A stretch of 64,000 nt of DNA, taken from assembly GCA_965223345.1 (NCBI GenBank), contig CBDCWG010000007.1, forward strand, positions 192,001 to 256,000, given 5' to 3'. This document shows, one piece after another, positions 48,600-57,810 of the stretch. The DNA comes from Nitrospinales bacterium (GTDB lineage Bacteria > Nitrospinota > Nitrospinia > Nitrospinales > VA-1). The position numbers were made by a program, and so were the translations under genes. Under the pieces are notes generated by a model. That model was not told the origin of the DNA. It searched no databases and saw only the letters and a program-made list of their open reading frames with translations. The stretch's first letter is position 1. The number at the start of each line of letters is the position of its first letter.

Positions 48600-48902
48600 C
48601 TAACGGCGCAGGATGAACCCGATCACCACACCGGCGGCAAAGGAACCCAAAAGCGCCATCGCGGGCCGCTCGCGCGTCACCTTTTCAACTTCACCGGCGA
48701 ACTCCTTGGCCACCCGCCCGGTTTCCTGCACAGCAGGGTTTTCCAGAATCGCTTCCTTGAGGGACTCGCCGTCCAGGTTGTTCTTTAAAAAATCCTCCGC
48801 TTTTTTGGCGGCGGCCATCACTTTTTCCTGCTCCACTCGCAGCGCTTCCACTGCTTTTCTGAGTGCATCCACTTCACCTGCTGCGTTCTTTGTTTTAGGC
48901 AT
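48600..48902 (-). CDS. ElaB/YqjD/DUF883-like tail-anchored protein
   Basis: Charged helix then RERPAMALLGSFAAGVVIGFILRR. Confidence 0.7.
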   Translation of the reverse strand: MPKTKNAAGEVDALRKAVEALRVEQEKVMAAAKKAEDFLKNNLDGESLKEAILENPAVQETGRVAKEFAGEVEKVTRERPAMALLGSFAAGVVIGFILRR

Positions 48903-48922
48903 GATTTATTCCTCTATTTATA

Positions 48923-49183
48923 TTAATTGTCGCTGTCCAGCGCTTTTTTGATTCGCAGATACCCTTCCTTGAGTTCGGAGCCCAACGACCCCGCTGCTTC
49001 CTTGATTCGATCCATCGAATCGTCCAGATCCGCCTTGGACGAAAAATCCTCCCACTTGTCTTCCAGTTCTTTCCACTCGTCCTGCAATTCTTTGGTGCCG
49101 AGGTGAATTTTCAGCGAGATCTCGTCCCGTTTCTGTTTCAGGTCATCCAGGATTTGGTCGAAATCGGACATGCTTGTCTCCAT
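48923..49183 (-). CDS. Small acidic coiled-coil protein
   Basis: LKQKRDEISLKIHLG...DEWKELEDKW. Confidence 0.75.
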   Translation of the reverse strand: METSMSDFDQILDDLKQKRDEISLKIHLGTKELQDEWKELEDKWEDFSSKADLDDSMDRIKEAAGSLGSELKEGYLRIKKALDSDN

Positions 49184-49312
49184 TGTTTATTTATTTTTGA
49201 TAGTCATGGATTGTCAACTACCAGCGATTTCAACCAGCCTGCAGGAGTTCTCCAACACAGAAACACCTAAAGAACGATCCCGGTCGGGGAAAATCCGGGC
49301 CGGTAAACCACC

Positions 49313-49750
49313 CTAGCCCATCTCCCGCTCTTTTCTCTGATTGAAATCTTCCGCCAATTGATCTGCCTTTTTCTCATCGATCAATTTTTTTGCCAACGGA
49401 AAAATCTGGTTTTGCTCCTCCTCGATATGATGCTCTATCTCATCTTTGAGTTTTTTAAACTTTTGCAGCCAGCCGCTGCTGCCCATATCCACATCCGTCA
49501 GTTCTTCCATCAAGTCCGCAGCCTCTTTGTGTTCTGAGATGCTGTGCCGCGCTTTTTCCTGACCATCGGGCTTTTCGATCAATGCGCCGTAGAACGTCTG
49601 CTCTTCGGCTGCGGCATGCGCCTCAACTTCGGCTTTGAAGTTTTCAAACAGCTGCCTTCGGTCCGAACTATCGCCGGATGTATCGGCCAACTTGGAGGAC
49701 AAATCCTTCTGAACCTCGTGGTCCTCCGTGAGTCGCTCGTAAATGTCCAT
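49313..49750 (-). CDS. Hemerythrin (HHE) domain protein
   Basis: EDH, HAAAEEQTFY, EH, HHIEEEQ motifs. Confidence 0.9.
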   Translation of the reverse strand: MDIYERLTEDHEVQKDLSSKLADTSGDSSDRRQLFENFKAEVEAHAAAEEQTFYGALIEKPDGQEKARHSISEHKEAADLMEELTDVDMGSSGWLQKFKKLKDEIEHHIEEEQNQIFPLAKKLIDEKKADQLAEDFNQRKEREMG

Positions 49751-49827
49751 GAAACCTGTCTCCCAATTATATTGAAAATGGAAGTCTTGTGAAAAAAATC
49801 CCTGTTTGTCCGGGTCATTTACTGAAA

Positions 49828-49843
49828 AGCAAGTCTTATGCCG
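49828..49843 (-). promoter_or_regulatory. sigma54-type promoter for the hemerythrin/stress cluster
   Basis: Minus strand CGGCATAAGACTTGCT (GG-N10-GC). Confidence 0.65.
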
Positions 49844-50058
49844 ATCGTATGCCGAATCCGCACCGCCGATATGGTGAACGAATGCCCCTGTTTTTGCTGG
49901 AAAAACAGGATGAATCGCTTTCCCACGCCGAAAAAATGGATCGTGCTGAGTGGAAACCCGCTCGATGGCCGGGTCATATCCACCGCCTCATCCGGGGTCC
50001 GGTGGATATGCCCCTCGGTGTTGTCGTGGGTTCAAGGTGGATCGGGAGTGGGGTCGTT

Positions 50059-50176
50059 GCAGGCGGGGGCCGTGGAGGTATTCCTGCCGGGGATCTGCGA
50101 GGAATACCATACTCCTATTGCGCGGTTTCGTGTTCGCCCCGGACGACCACAAGATCGAAGCAGTGTGTCTGCCTGA
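50059..50176 (+). pseudogene. Frameshifted 3' fragment of a VOC/glyoxalase gene
   Basis: 27 bp identical to 52311-52337; two single-base deletions relative to the intact copy. Confidence 0.8.
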
Positions 50177-50216
50177 GAATTTGGGGAACGGTTGAGTAAA
50201 GCGCTCTACTCGGATT

Positions 50217-50546
50217 TCACTTCTTCGGCAACGTCCGGGCGAATTTGAGGGCGCGCTCGATCCAGGCTTTGAGCTGCGCGTCGCTCTTGTAGCCAGCCGC
50301 ATCGACGTACACCATGCTCTTGAGCGGCTTGCCGGTAAAATCCATGTCGCGGGTGTGCGGCTCTTTCAGCGCTTCTGCCGTGCCCGCCTCGCCGAGACGC
50401 AGCACGAGATCGGTCTGGTTGACGCCGCAGACCATGTTGCCGTTCAGCATGAAGGCGAGCCCGCCGAACATTTTGCGTTCGGTGATGCCTTTGCGCCGTT
50501 TCAACACGGCGCGTATGCGCTCTGCGGCCGCTTCCTGGTAGGCCAA
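50217..50546 (-). CDS. TfoX/Sxy N-terminal domain protein
   Basis: RBS GGAGG then TTG; ERKMFGGLAFMLNGNM, MDFTGKPLK. Confidence 0.88.
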   Translation of the reverse strand: MAYQEAAAERIRAVLKRRKGITERKMFGGLAFMLNGNMVCGVNQTDLVLRLGEAGTAEALKEPHTRDMDFTGKPLKSMVYVDAAGYKSDAQLKAWIERALKFARTLPKK

Positions 50547-50636
50547 CCTATTCCTCCCGGGAAAATCATGCGGGTTGCGGATCGCCACGGCCGTGAATCC
50601 AGCCGCAGGCGATCCGCACCAGCACGAGATGATCGA

Positions 50637-51080
50637 TCAATCTTCCGAATCGAAACACAGACCGTCCGGCTTGCGCCCTTCGCACACGTCCTTGAGACGC
50701 GGAAACGCGAACTCCACCCAGCCTGCGCCGAACGCATCGGCGGAGGATTTTTTTACGATGTTGTAGTGGCGCAGTTTGAGCCGCGTCCCCTGCCCTTCGG
50801 CTTTGAGAACGATCTCGACGGTCGAGCTGCCGGGCTCGATGCCTTCGATACCGCCCCAGGTGAACACCACTTTTTCATGCGGCACCACCTCGACGTATTC
50901 GCCGCGGCAGTGCATGCCCCGGTGCGAACCGACATGGAACACCCCGCCGGGGCGCGGGTCGGCTTCGACGATTTCACCGAACCACTCTTTCATCCGCGCA
51001 GCTTCGGTGAGATAGGAAAAAACGGTTTCCGGTTTGGCTTCGATGACGATCTCGCGTGTGAGTTCGTAGGATTCGCTCAT
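50637..51080 (-). CDS. SRPBCC/AHSA1 domain protein (paralog 2)
   Basis: REIVIEAKPETVFSYLT, DPRPGG, VVFTWG, GW. Confidence 0.9.
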   Translation of the reverse strand: MSESYELTREIVIEAKPETVFSYLTEAARMKEWFGEIVEADPRPGGVFHVGSHRGMHCRGEYVEVVPHEKVVFTWGGIEGIEPGSSTVEIVLKAEGQGTRLKLRHYNIVKKSSADAFGAGWVEFAFPRLKDVCEGRKPDGLCFDSED

Positions 51081-51140
51081 GATGCTCTCCTGTTTTTGCG
51101 GCTGCGGCTTGCGGCCGGAAATGACTTCGGCACGGCTCGC

Positions 51141-51620
51141 TTACGCGCTCTTGGCTTTCGCCTCTTTCCCGCTGCATTCGGAGCCGGACTGAAAGCAAAA
51201 GCCATCGACCTTTTTGCCCTCGGATGCGGCCTTGAGCAACGGCAGCGCGTGCTCCTCCCAACCCTGGCCAAAACCGTCGGCGGCGGGCTTTTGCGTGATG
51301 TTGTAGTGACGCAGCGTCAGCCGGGTTCCCTGCCCTTCCGGTTTCAGTTTGATCTCGACGGTGGTCGCCCCCGGTTCCAGTTCGTGCATGCCGCCCCAGG
51401 TGAACACCACTTTTTCGTGCGGCACCACCTCCACGTATTCGCCGCGGCAATGCAGGCCGTCGTGCGTGCCGACATGAAACACGCCGCCGGGCCGGGCGTC
51501 GGCTACGACGACCTCGCCGTACCATTCCTTCATTTTGGATTCTTCGGTCAGATACGAAAATACGGTTTCCGGACGGGCTTCGATGACGATCTCGCGCGTG
51601 AGTTCATAAGTCTCGCTCAT
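51141..51620 (-). CDS. SRPBCC/AHSA1 domain protein (paralog 1)
   Basis: Highly similar tandem paralog of 50637-51080. Confidence 0.9.
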   Translation of the reverse strand: MSETYELTREIVIEARPETVFSYLTEESKMKEWYGEVVVADARPGGVFHVGTHDGLHCRGEYVEVVPHEKVVFTWGGMHELEPGATTVEIKLKPEGQGTRLTLRHYNITQKPAADGFGQGWEEHALPLLKAASEGKKVDGFCFQSGSECSGKEAKAKSA

Positions 51621-51937
51621 GATTTTCTCCTGCTTTTTCTTTCGTTTTTTTCGACGGCGGCTTTCAGTTTTTCCAGACGCGGATCCCAGAAGCCCTCGAG
51701 AAAGGCCTTCAGTTCCGCAAACCCCTCGGGGCGCACGCTGTAGAGCCGGCGGGTCCCCTGCCGGCGTTCCTTGAGCAGGCCGGCCTTTTTCAGCACACCC
51801 AGGTGCTGGGAGACCGCCGGACGGGTGATATCGGTGAAATTGCGGGCAATGTCTCCCGCCGACATCTCCGAACGCCGCACCAGCCGCAGAATCGCAAACC
51901 GGGTGGGTTCCGCCATCGCCTGTATGGTTTCGAACAT
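51617..51937 (-). CDS. ArsR/SmtB-family transcriptional regulator
   Basis: AEPTRFAIL, RPAVSQHLGVLKKAGL, GTRRLY. Confidence 0.92.
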   Translation of the reverse strand: MFETIQAMAEPTRFAILRLVRRSEMSAGDIARNFTDITRPAVSQHLGVLKKAGLLKERRQGTRRLYSVRPEGFAELKAFLEGFWDPRLEKLKAAVEKNERKSRRKS

Positions 51938-51943
51938 GGCAGT

Positions 51944-51972
51944 ATGTTAGCTAAAACTTACGTTAGTATCAA
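51944..51972 (-). promoter_or_regulatory. Probable leaderless sigma70 promoter with overlapping operator
   Basis: TTGATA-N17-TAACAT ends 6 nt before the ArsR ATG; imperfect palindrome GTTAG-N6-CTTAC at 51946-51961. Confidence 0.6.
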
Positions 51973-52044
51973 CTAAAATTTACCGGACGGCTCGTTTGAT
52001 GGACAATGAGGTTCTCAGAAATCTGTTACCTGAAAGGATTTTCC

Positions 52045-52416
52045 ATGATCGATCATGTGTGCGTGGGTGTGAAGGATTGTGAGGTGAGCCGGGATTTCTA
52101 CCGCGACGTTCTGTCCACTTTAGGCTATGAACTGTTGATGGAAGTCGAGGGCAACGCCGGATTCGGCACTGCGAATTTCAAGCCGAGCTTCTGGATTTCC
52201 AAGAACCAGGAACCCTCGCCGCAGGTGCATTACTGCTTCCAGGCCAAGACCCGGGCCGCAGTGCGGGCCTTTCATCAGGCGGCCCTGGCGGCGGGAGCCG
52301 AGGAGGAATCCCTGCCGGGGATCTGCGAGGAATACCACCCCTCCTATTACGCCACGTTCGTGTTCGATCCGGACGGCTACAAGATCGAAGCGGTGACCTT
52401 CGCAGACGAAGCGTGA
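52045..52416 (+). CDS. VOC/glyoxalase family protein
   Basis: MIDHVCVGV, HYCF, YYATFVFDPDGYKIEAV. Confidence 0.92.
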   Translation: MIDHVCVGVKDCEVSRDFYRDVLSTLGYELLMEVEGNAGFGTANFKPSFWISKNQEPSPQVHYCFQAKTRAAVRAFHQAALAAGAEEESLPGICEEYHPSYYATFVFDPDGYKIEAVTFADEA

Positions 52417-52428
52417 ATCAGCAGGGCC

Positions 52429-53007
52429 TCATTTCTTGCCGTACCCCGTGACCTGGCATTCGTCGTTGTCCAGGCTTTCCTGCAACGGGTTTCTCACTTC
52501 CACACCGTCGATGAAGTGCCGGGTTTTGGTGACGGGCTTGCCATCCACAAACTTGGTATGGGATTTTATGCGGGCATTTTTGAAACGGGCGCTGTTCTTG
52601 TAATAGTCGGCGATGTCCGCGAGTTTTTCCGGCGGATAATTGCACTCCATCTTGCCGCCGGCGGGCATCGTCTCGACGTAGTGGCACTTCCCATCCTTCA
52701 TGCCGGTGATGCGGCGCTCCAGCTTCTCTCCCATGAGCGGGTGATGGAACTCCTGCGCGAAGGCTTTGCACTCGGCCAGGTGTTGCAACAGCGCTTCCAT
52801 GTCCCTGGCTTCGCATTGTTCGCTTTCGGTTTCGAGCGAATCGGGCGTCAGGGTTTCAGCCAGTTTCTTGCAGGCCGCGGCCCTGGGGTCCTGTTCGCTG
52901 CGCAAGCCCAGACAGTCGCAGACGGTGATGTTATCGTTTTCGGCGCCCGCTGCGATTTGCGGCGACAAAACGAAGCAAACGAGCGCGAGCCACAGAGTTT
53001 TTTTCAT
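52429..53007 (-). CDS. Hypothetical secreted Cys-containing protein
   Basis: MKKTLWLALV signal peptide; several Cys. Confidence 0.7.
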   Translation of the reverse strand: MKKTLWLALVCFVLSPQIAAGAENDNITVCDCLGLRSEQDPRAAACKKLAETLTPDSLETESEQCEARDMEALLQHLAECKAFAQEFHHPLMGEKLERRITGMKDGKCHYVETMPAGGKMECNYPPEKLADIADYYKNSARFKNARIKSHTKFVDGKPVTKTRHFIDGVEVRNPLQESLDNDECQVTGYGKK

Positions 53008-53134
53008 GTGCCGGATCCTTCCTTTCAAACAAGAAGGGTTTATGTGCGGGAAGGCGCTATCATGCACCGGCTGCGGAATTCCGGCAACTCTTTATGTTGA
53101 AAAGGTTTTTAATCAATAGGTTTTGGCGGCGGGA

Positions 53135-53854
53135 TCAGCGGCTCGTTCGCTGATTCAGGTGGGTCATCATTCGGAGGTGTCTGCGCGCCTGCCTGCGCAC
53201 TTTGAGGATGAGCTTGCGATCGGCCCGGTCCCTGGGGCTTTTCATTCCGTTCGTTTCCAGAAATCTCCGAATATGGAAATCCTTGAACAACGCGGCAGGA
53301 ATCGGCTCACCAGGCTTTCCTGTCACCAGACTTTTGAGCTGGGATTGGGTCAAACCCGAATCGGGTAAAGCATGTGCTTTGGGTTTATAGTATTTTTTTG
53401 TGCGGTGCTTTTTTCTTTTGACTGCGGGCTTCGCTGTAACAGAAAGAATGGATTCCGGTTTTCCCGTGTCGTTTAAAAGATGAACCTGCTTCAGACGGAA
53501 GGGCTCCGCCCACACATACACCGTGTTGTGATCCTGTAAAATCTCAAGGACGATGTCCGTCCAGTTCAAGCCCTGGGTTTCAAGGCTGACAGTCTCTCCG
53601 CTCAAGGACTCGGGAATATCGAAACGGACGCCGCTTTTTTCGGCGATCGCATTCAAGACGCGGGACAGGGTCACCCCTTGCGCCTGCACGACCCATTTTC
53701 GGGAACCGTCCTGCGATTCCTGCTGGAAAACCTGCAACGATCCGGCTCCCTGAGCGGGACTGAAAAAAAGCAGCCCGATCAGGGAGCTCAGAGCCAAGAT
53801 CCACAACTTCGCTATCTTGCCGTTCCGGAAGTTTGGAACCATTTCATTTTTCAA
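53135..53854 (-). CDS. Hypothetical secreted protein with an STN/secretin-N-like segment
   Basis: Signal peptide; [21 protein letters not shown] pattern; basic C-terminus. Confidence 0.55.
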   Translation of the reverse strand: MKNEMVPNFRNGKIAKLWILALSSLIGLLFFSPAQGAGSLQVFQQESQDGSRKWVVQAQGVTLSRVLNAIAEKSGVRFDIPESLSGETVSLETQGLNWTDIVLEILQDHNTVYVWAEPFRLKQVHLLNDTGKPESILSVTAKPAVKRKKHRTKKYYKPKAHALPDSGLTQSQLKSLVTGKPGEPIPAALFKDFHIRRFLETNGMKSPRDRADRKLILKVRRQARRHLRMMTHLNQRTSR

Positions 53855-54339
53855 TCGGGGATTTCAATAAAGCAATCACTGGAACAACCGTCTCCGTCCA
53901 TATTGTTCGCATCGTCGCATTCTTCATCCGGGGGCTCAACCACTCCGTTTCCGCACATAGGCACGGTCATTTCATTCAGGCACGCACTGGAACAGCCATC
54001 TCCGTCCACCATATTTCCATCGTCACATTCCTCAGGAGCCTCCACAACTCCATCTCCACATGTGGGTCCCTCACAAGGAAGGGGGTTGCCTGTTATCTGT
54101 TCAAATTTGTCTGCAACCCGCATACAGGCATTTTCGGAAGCCTGCGGTGCAGGTGAATCGCAGTCCATCGCTTCGCAATACGCATTACAAAGACCAAATG
54201 CTGCGCCCGCCTGCCCGTCGCAAATGTCTTCCACGCTGGGCGGTTCTCCGTCCGGGGTCTGAGCGAACACGGCACTGCTGCTCCACAGCATGAACGCGCT
54301 CACTCCGCACGCCAAAAGAAATTTTAATGATCGTTTCAT
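53851..54339 (-). CDS. Secreted protein with Myxococcus-type cysteine-rich repeats (DUF4215-like)
   Basis: Two CG[DN]GVVE...EECDD.N..DGDGCSS.C repeats. Confidence 0.85.
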   Translation of the reverse strand: MKRSLKFLLACGVSAFMLWSSSAVFAQTPDGEPPSVEDICDGQAGAAFGLCNAYCEAMDCDSPAPQASENACMRVADKFEQITGNPLPCEGPTCGDGVVEAPEECDDGNMVDGDGCSSACLNEMTVPMCGNGVVEPPDEECDDANNMDGDGCSSDCFIEIPD

Positions 54340-54484
54340 CTGCCGTTTTCTCCTCGATTAGTTTTACATTCACAACGATCCGGATAAACCGGCAGATCTT
54401 TATCGGCAGGTTCATCGGAAAAATGAGGCGATGCGGAATAAGAAGCGAGAGAAAGAAACGGAGATAAATACGAGCTGTGGGAAT

Positions 54485-56056
54485 TTACAAAAATACTTTT
54501 TTGACGAGCAGCAGGACGCTCGTGGTGATCACCGCCGCTCCGGCGAAGTTGAGCGCCAGGCCGACGCGGGACATTTGCGGGATGGTCACCCAGCCGCTCG
54601 AATACACGATGGCGTTGGGCGGTGTGGCCACAGGCAGCATGAACGCACAGGAAGCGGAAACGGTGGCGGGGATCATCAGCAACAGGGGATGAAAATGCGC
54701 GGCGGCGGCCGCGGCGGCGATGATCGGCAGGATCATCGTGGTGGTCGCGGTGTTGGACGTGAGCTCGGTGAGAAAGGTCACCGTGAGGCAGATGCTGAGG
54801 ATCACCAGCCAGATGGGCAGCGAGGCGACGCCGGTGAGCTGGGTTCCGATCCACTGGTCCAATCCGGTATTGGCGAACCCCGCGGCGAGGGCGAAACCGC
54901 CGCCGAACAAAAGCAGGATGCCCCAGGGCACTTTCTTTTGCACGGTGGCCCAGTCGAGGGCGAAGTATTCGGTTCTGCCGTTCAGCACCTGTCCGCGGCC
55001 ACCGTTGACGGGAAGCAGCATGAGCAAAAGCCCCATGGCCATGGCGACGGTGGCGTCGTGCAGCAACTCGGGCCGGGCAAACAGCTGCGACCAGCCGGGG
55101 ATGGTGAACGATCCCAGGGAAATGGGTTTGCGGAAGATCCACAAAAACGCCGTGAGAAAAAACACGGTGGCGATGGCCTTTTCCGCCGGATTGATTTTAC
55201 CCAGTTCCCTGAGTTCCTCATGGATGATCTGCCCCGCCTGGTCGTCGAATTGAATTCGGTGCAGCGGCACCTGCGATACGAAACGGCACAGATACCACCA
55301 GACCAGCGGCACGAACACACACACCAGGGGAACCGCGAATTTCATCCAGTCAAAAAACGTCAGCTCGGGAAGATCGGGAAACAGCTTCTTGTAAAAGCCC
55401 GCCAGCACGATGTTGGGGGCGGTGCCGATCAGCGTGCCGGTCCCGCCGATGCTGGCCGCATACGCAAGCCCCAGCATGAGCACCAGACCCAGGCTCTCGC
55501 GGATCCTGCGCTCGGTTTCACCGTTGCGCTCACCGTCGATGCTGGCCTCTTCGGCGATCTGGCGCACCACCGCCATGCAGACCGGCAGCAGCATCATGGT
55601 GGTCGCGGTGTTGGAGATCCACATGGACAAAAACGCGGAGGCGGTCATGAACCCGAACACGATGCGCTTCAGGTTCGTGCCGATGGCGGCGACGATGAGC
55701 AGCGCCAGGCGTTTGTGGAAGTTCCACTTCTCCATGGCGATGGCGATCATGAAGCCGCCGAGAAACAAAAACACCAGGTGGTTGGTGTAGTTGGGCGCCA
55801 CCTCCTTGCTCGACAGGATGCCGAGCAGCGGGAACAGCACCAGCGGCATGAGCGCGGTCACGGTCACGGAGGTGCCTTCGCCGATCCACCACACGGCCAT
55901 CATCAGCACCACCGCGAGCAGCCGTTTGGCTTCGGGGGTCATGCCTTCGGGCAGCGGCATGAAAAATACCACCGCGAACGCGGTCAGTCCGGTGAGGAGA
56001 ACGAGAATCTGTTTTTTGAATGCTTTTGCGGTGCCGGTGGCGTCGCTCGCAATCAA
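54485..56056 (-). CDS. DASS/SLC13 sodium:dicarboxylate or sulfate symporter
   Basis: SMWISNTAT, GTLIGTAPN, TELTSNTAT, MLPVATPPNA. Confidence 0.93.
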   Translation of the reverse strand: MIASDATGTAKAFKKQILVLLTGLTAFAVVFFMPLPEGMTPEAKRLLAVVLMMAVWWIGEGTSVTVTALMPLVLFPLLGILSSKEVAPNYTNHLVFLFLGGFMIAIAMEKWNFHKRLALLIVAAIGTNLKRIVFGFMTASAFLSMWISNTATTMMLLPVCMAVVRQIAEEASIDGERNGETERRIRESLGLVLMLGLAYAASIGGTGTLIGTAPNIVLAGFYKKLFPDLPELTFFDWMKFAVPLVCVFVPLVWWYLCRFVSQVPLHRIQFDDQAGQIIHEELRELGKINPAEKAIATVFFLTAFLWIFRKPISLGSFTIPGWSQLFARPELLHDATVAMAMGLLLMLLPVNGGRGQVLNGRTEYFALDWATVQKKVPWGILLLFGGGFALAAGFANTGLDQWIGTQLTGVASLPIWLVILSICLTVTFLTELTSNTATTTMILPIIAAAAAAAHFHPLLLMIPATVSASCAFMLPVATPPNAIVYSSGWVTIPQMSRVGLALNFAGAAVITTSVLLLVKKVFL

Positions 56057-56069
56057 GTCGAAGCTCCGG

Positions 56070-56675
56070 TCACTTCTGGGAAACGGCCTGCAACGCGGCG
56101 GCGATTTCCTGGCTGAGGTCGGAAAGGGTCTGGTTCATCGCGCCCACCACGCCTTTGACGCCTTCTCCGGCGACGGGCTGGTGGAAACTGGAGTTTCTCA
56201 GGAAGACGGTCTCGGTTCCCTGGTTCCCGAGAATGGTCCAGCGCGCATCGAGAAATCCCTCCTTGCCCATCTCGCCCTCAAACTTGCGCACTTCGACGAC
56301 CACCTGGTAGTCGGGGGAAACGGGATTGTTCGCCGGGATGACGGTGACGTTTTTCGTGGCCATGAGCAGCGAAAGGTTTTCGGCGAGCACGTTGGAGAAA
56401 TTCTCTTTCAGAGGTTCGGCCCATTTGGGCGCGGGCGCGCCTTCTTTTTTCGGCTTGCCGGCGGCGACGATCTCCGGCTTGTCCAGATGTTCCGCAAGGC
56501 GCACCTGGGTCACCCCGACGGTGGCTTCCAACGGCGCGGACGTGTTGCTGCCTGCGGCTTCCAGCTTACCGATCGGCGTCAGCGTGTACTCGTTTTTGGA
56601 AAACGGGGAACCGGCACACCCCGCAAGCACCAGCAAAACGAAAAGGGCAACGGCCGTGATGAAGCGAAAGGTCAT
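56070..56675 (-). CDS. PqiC-like ABC-auxiliary lipoprotein
   Basis: RBS AGGAGG, lipobox LAGC, WAEPL, LDARW. Confidence 0.8.
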   Translation of the reverse strand: MTFRFITAVALFVLLVLAGCAGSPFSKNEYTLTPIGKLEAAGSNTSAPLEATVGVTQVRLAEHLDKPEIVAAGKPKKEGAPAPKWAEPLKENFSNVLAENLSLLMATKNVTVIPANNPVSPDYQVVVEVRKFEGEMGKEGFLDARWTILGNQGTETVFLRNSSFHQPVAGEGVKGVVGAMNQTLSDLSQEIAAALQAVSQK

Positions 56676-56928
56676 GGAATTCGTCCTCCTGGTTGGGGTT
56701 CCTGCCCACCGGGAACCCGTGTTCGCAACCTGATGGTCATCTAAAAACGGAATCGTGCCGCGGCGCACGGAAGGGTCGAGGTGTTGAGTGCACCGCGGTT
56801 TTCGGGGTCCCTTCCGATCCCGGTCGGGATATCGCAAGGGGGACCGCCGCAAGCGGCGATGAGCCCGGCCTCTAGTTTATATAAAAAAGATTTGAAAATC
56901 AGCTATTTCAACGCGCGCCGGCGAAACT

Positions 56929-57810
56929 TCAGCTTGCGGCCAGCATGCGGTCGATCTTCAACGTGGATACGATGTGCTTGTCCATGTCCAGCTCTTTGGG
57001 GGAGTAGCCCAGCGCCAGAGCGACGAGCTGGGGCAGATGCAGAATGGGGATGGCGTATTTTTTCTTGAGCAGAACCTCGATTTCGGGCTGATAGGAATCG
57101 AGGTTCAGGTGACAAAGTGGGCAGCCCGTCACCACGCAATCGGCGCCGCTTTCGACGGCGTCCACCAGCGCGTTGCCCGCCATGTCGAGCGAGGCTTTCT
57201 TGTTCATCATCACGATGGGAAACCCGCAGCATTTGATGCGGCTGGGATAATAAACGGGGGTGGCGCCGAGCACTTCGAAAATCTCTTCCAGGCCGGTCGG
57301 GTTGTCCGGGTTGTCAAAATCGGACAGGTGCGAGGGGCGCAGCACGTAACAGCCGTAAAAGGCCGCTACCTTGAGTCCGGTGAGCGGGCGCTTGATCCTC
57401 TCCTTGAGCCGCGCCATGCCCTCGTCGCTGGCGAGGATGTTGGCGAAATGCTTGATCCGGCTTTTGCTGCCGTCGTACTGGTGCCCGCCATCCTTGAGCA
57501 GGTGATTGATCCTCTCCTTGTAGGCGGGATCGGATTTGATGGTGCACTCGGATTTTTTCAGCACGCCCTGACAGGTGGAACAGATGGTAACCAGATCCAG
57601 GCCCTTCTTTTCCGCGATGGCGAAGGTGCGGGCGTTGAGCGTGTCGGCGAGGATCGGGCTTTTCTCGCCCACCACGCCGGCGCCGCAGCAGGCGGCGCTT
57701 TTCATCTCGACAAAATCGATGCCCAGCCCTTCGGCGGCTTTCTTGGTGGACACCATCAACTCGCGGGTCGCCCCCTGGGACACACACCCGGTGAAAAGAG
57801 CAAATTTCAT
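56929..57810 (-). CDS. sdhE: CCG-domain (HdrB-like) membrane anchor of type-E succinate dehydrogenase/fumarate reductase
   Basis: [29 protein letters not shown]; co-transcribed with sdhAB. Confidence 0.85.
   Translation of the reverse strand: MKFALFTGCVSQGATRELMVSTKKAAEGLGIDFVEMKSAACCGAGVVGEKSPILADTLNARTFAIAEKKGLDLVTICSTCQGVLKKSECTIKSDPAYKERINHLLKDGGHQYDGSKSRIKHFANILASDEGMARLKERIKRPLTGLKVAAFYGCYVLRPSHLSDFDNPDNPTGLEEIFEVLGATPVYYPSRIKCCGFPIVMMNKKASLDMAGNALVDAVESGADCVVTGCPLCHLNLDSYQPEIEVLLKKKYAIPILHLPQLVALALGYSPKELDMDKHIVSTLKIDRMLAAS

Noticed and set aside
56676..56928. Structured ncRNA or riboswitch between sdhE and the PqiC-like gene
   Set aside because: GC-rich stems are present, but I recognise no family consensus; an Infernal scan is needed
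57100..57130. CPLCH in SdhE as a heme c site
   Set aside because: It is part of the CCG-domain Fe-S motif in a protein with no export signal
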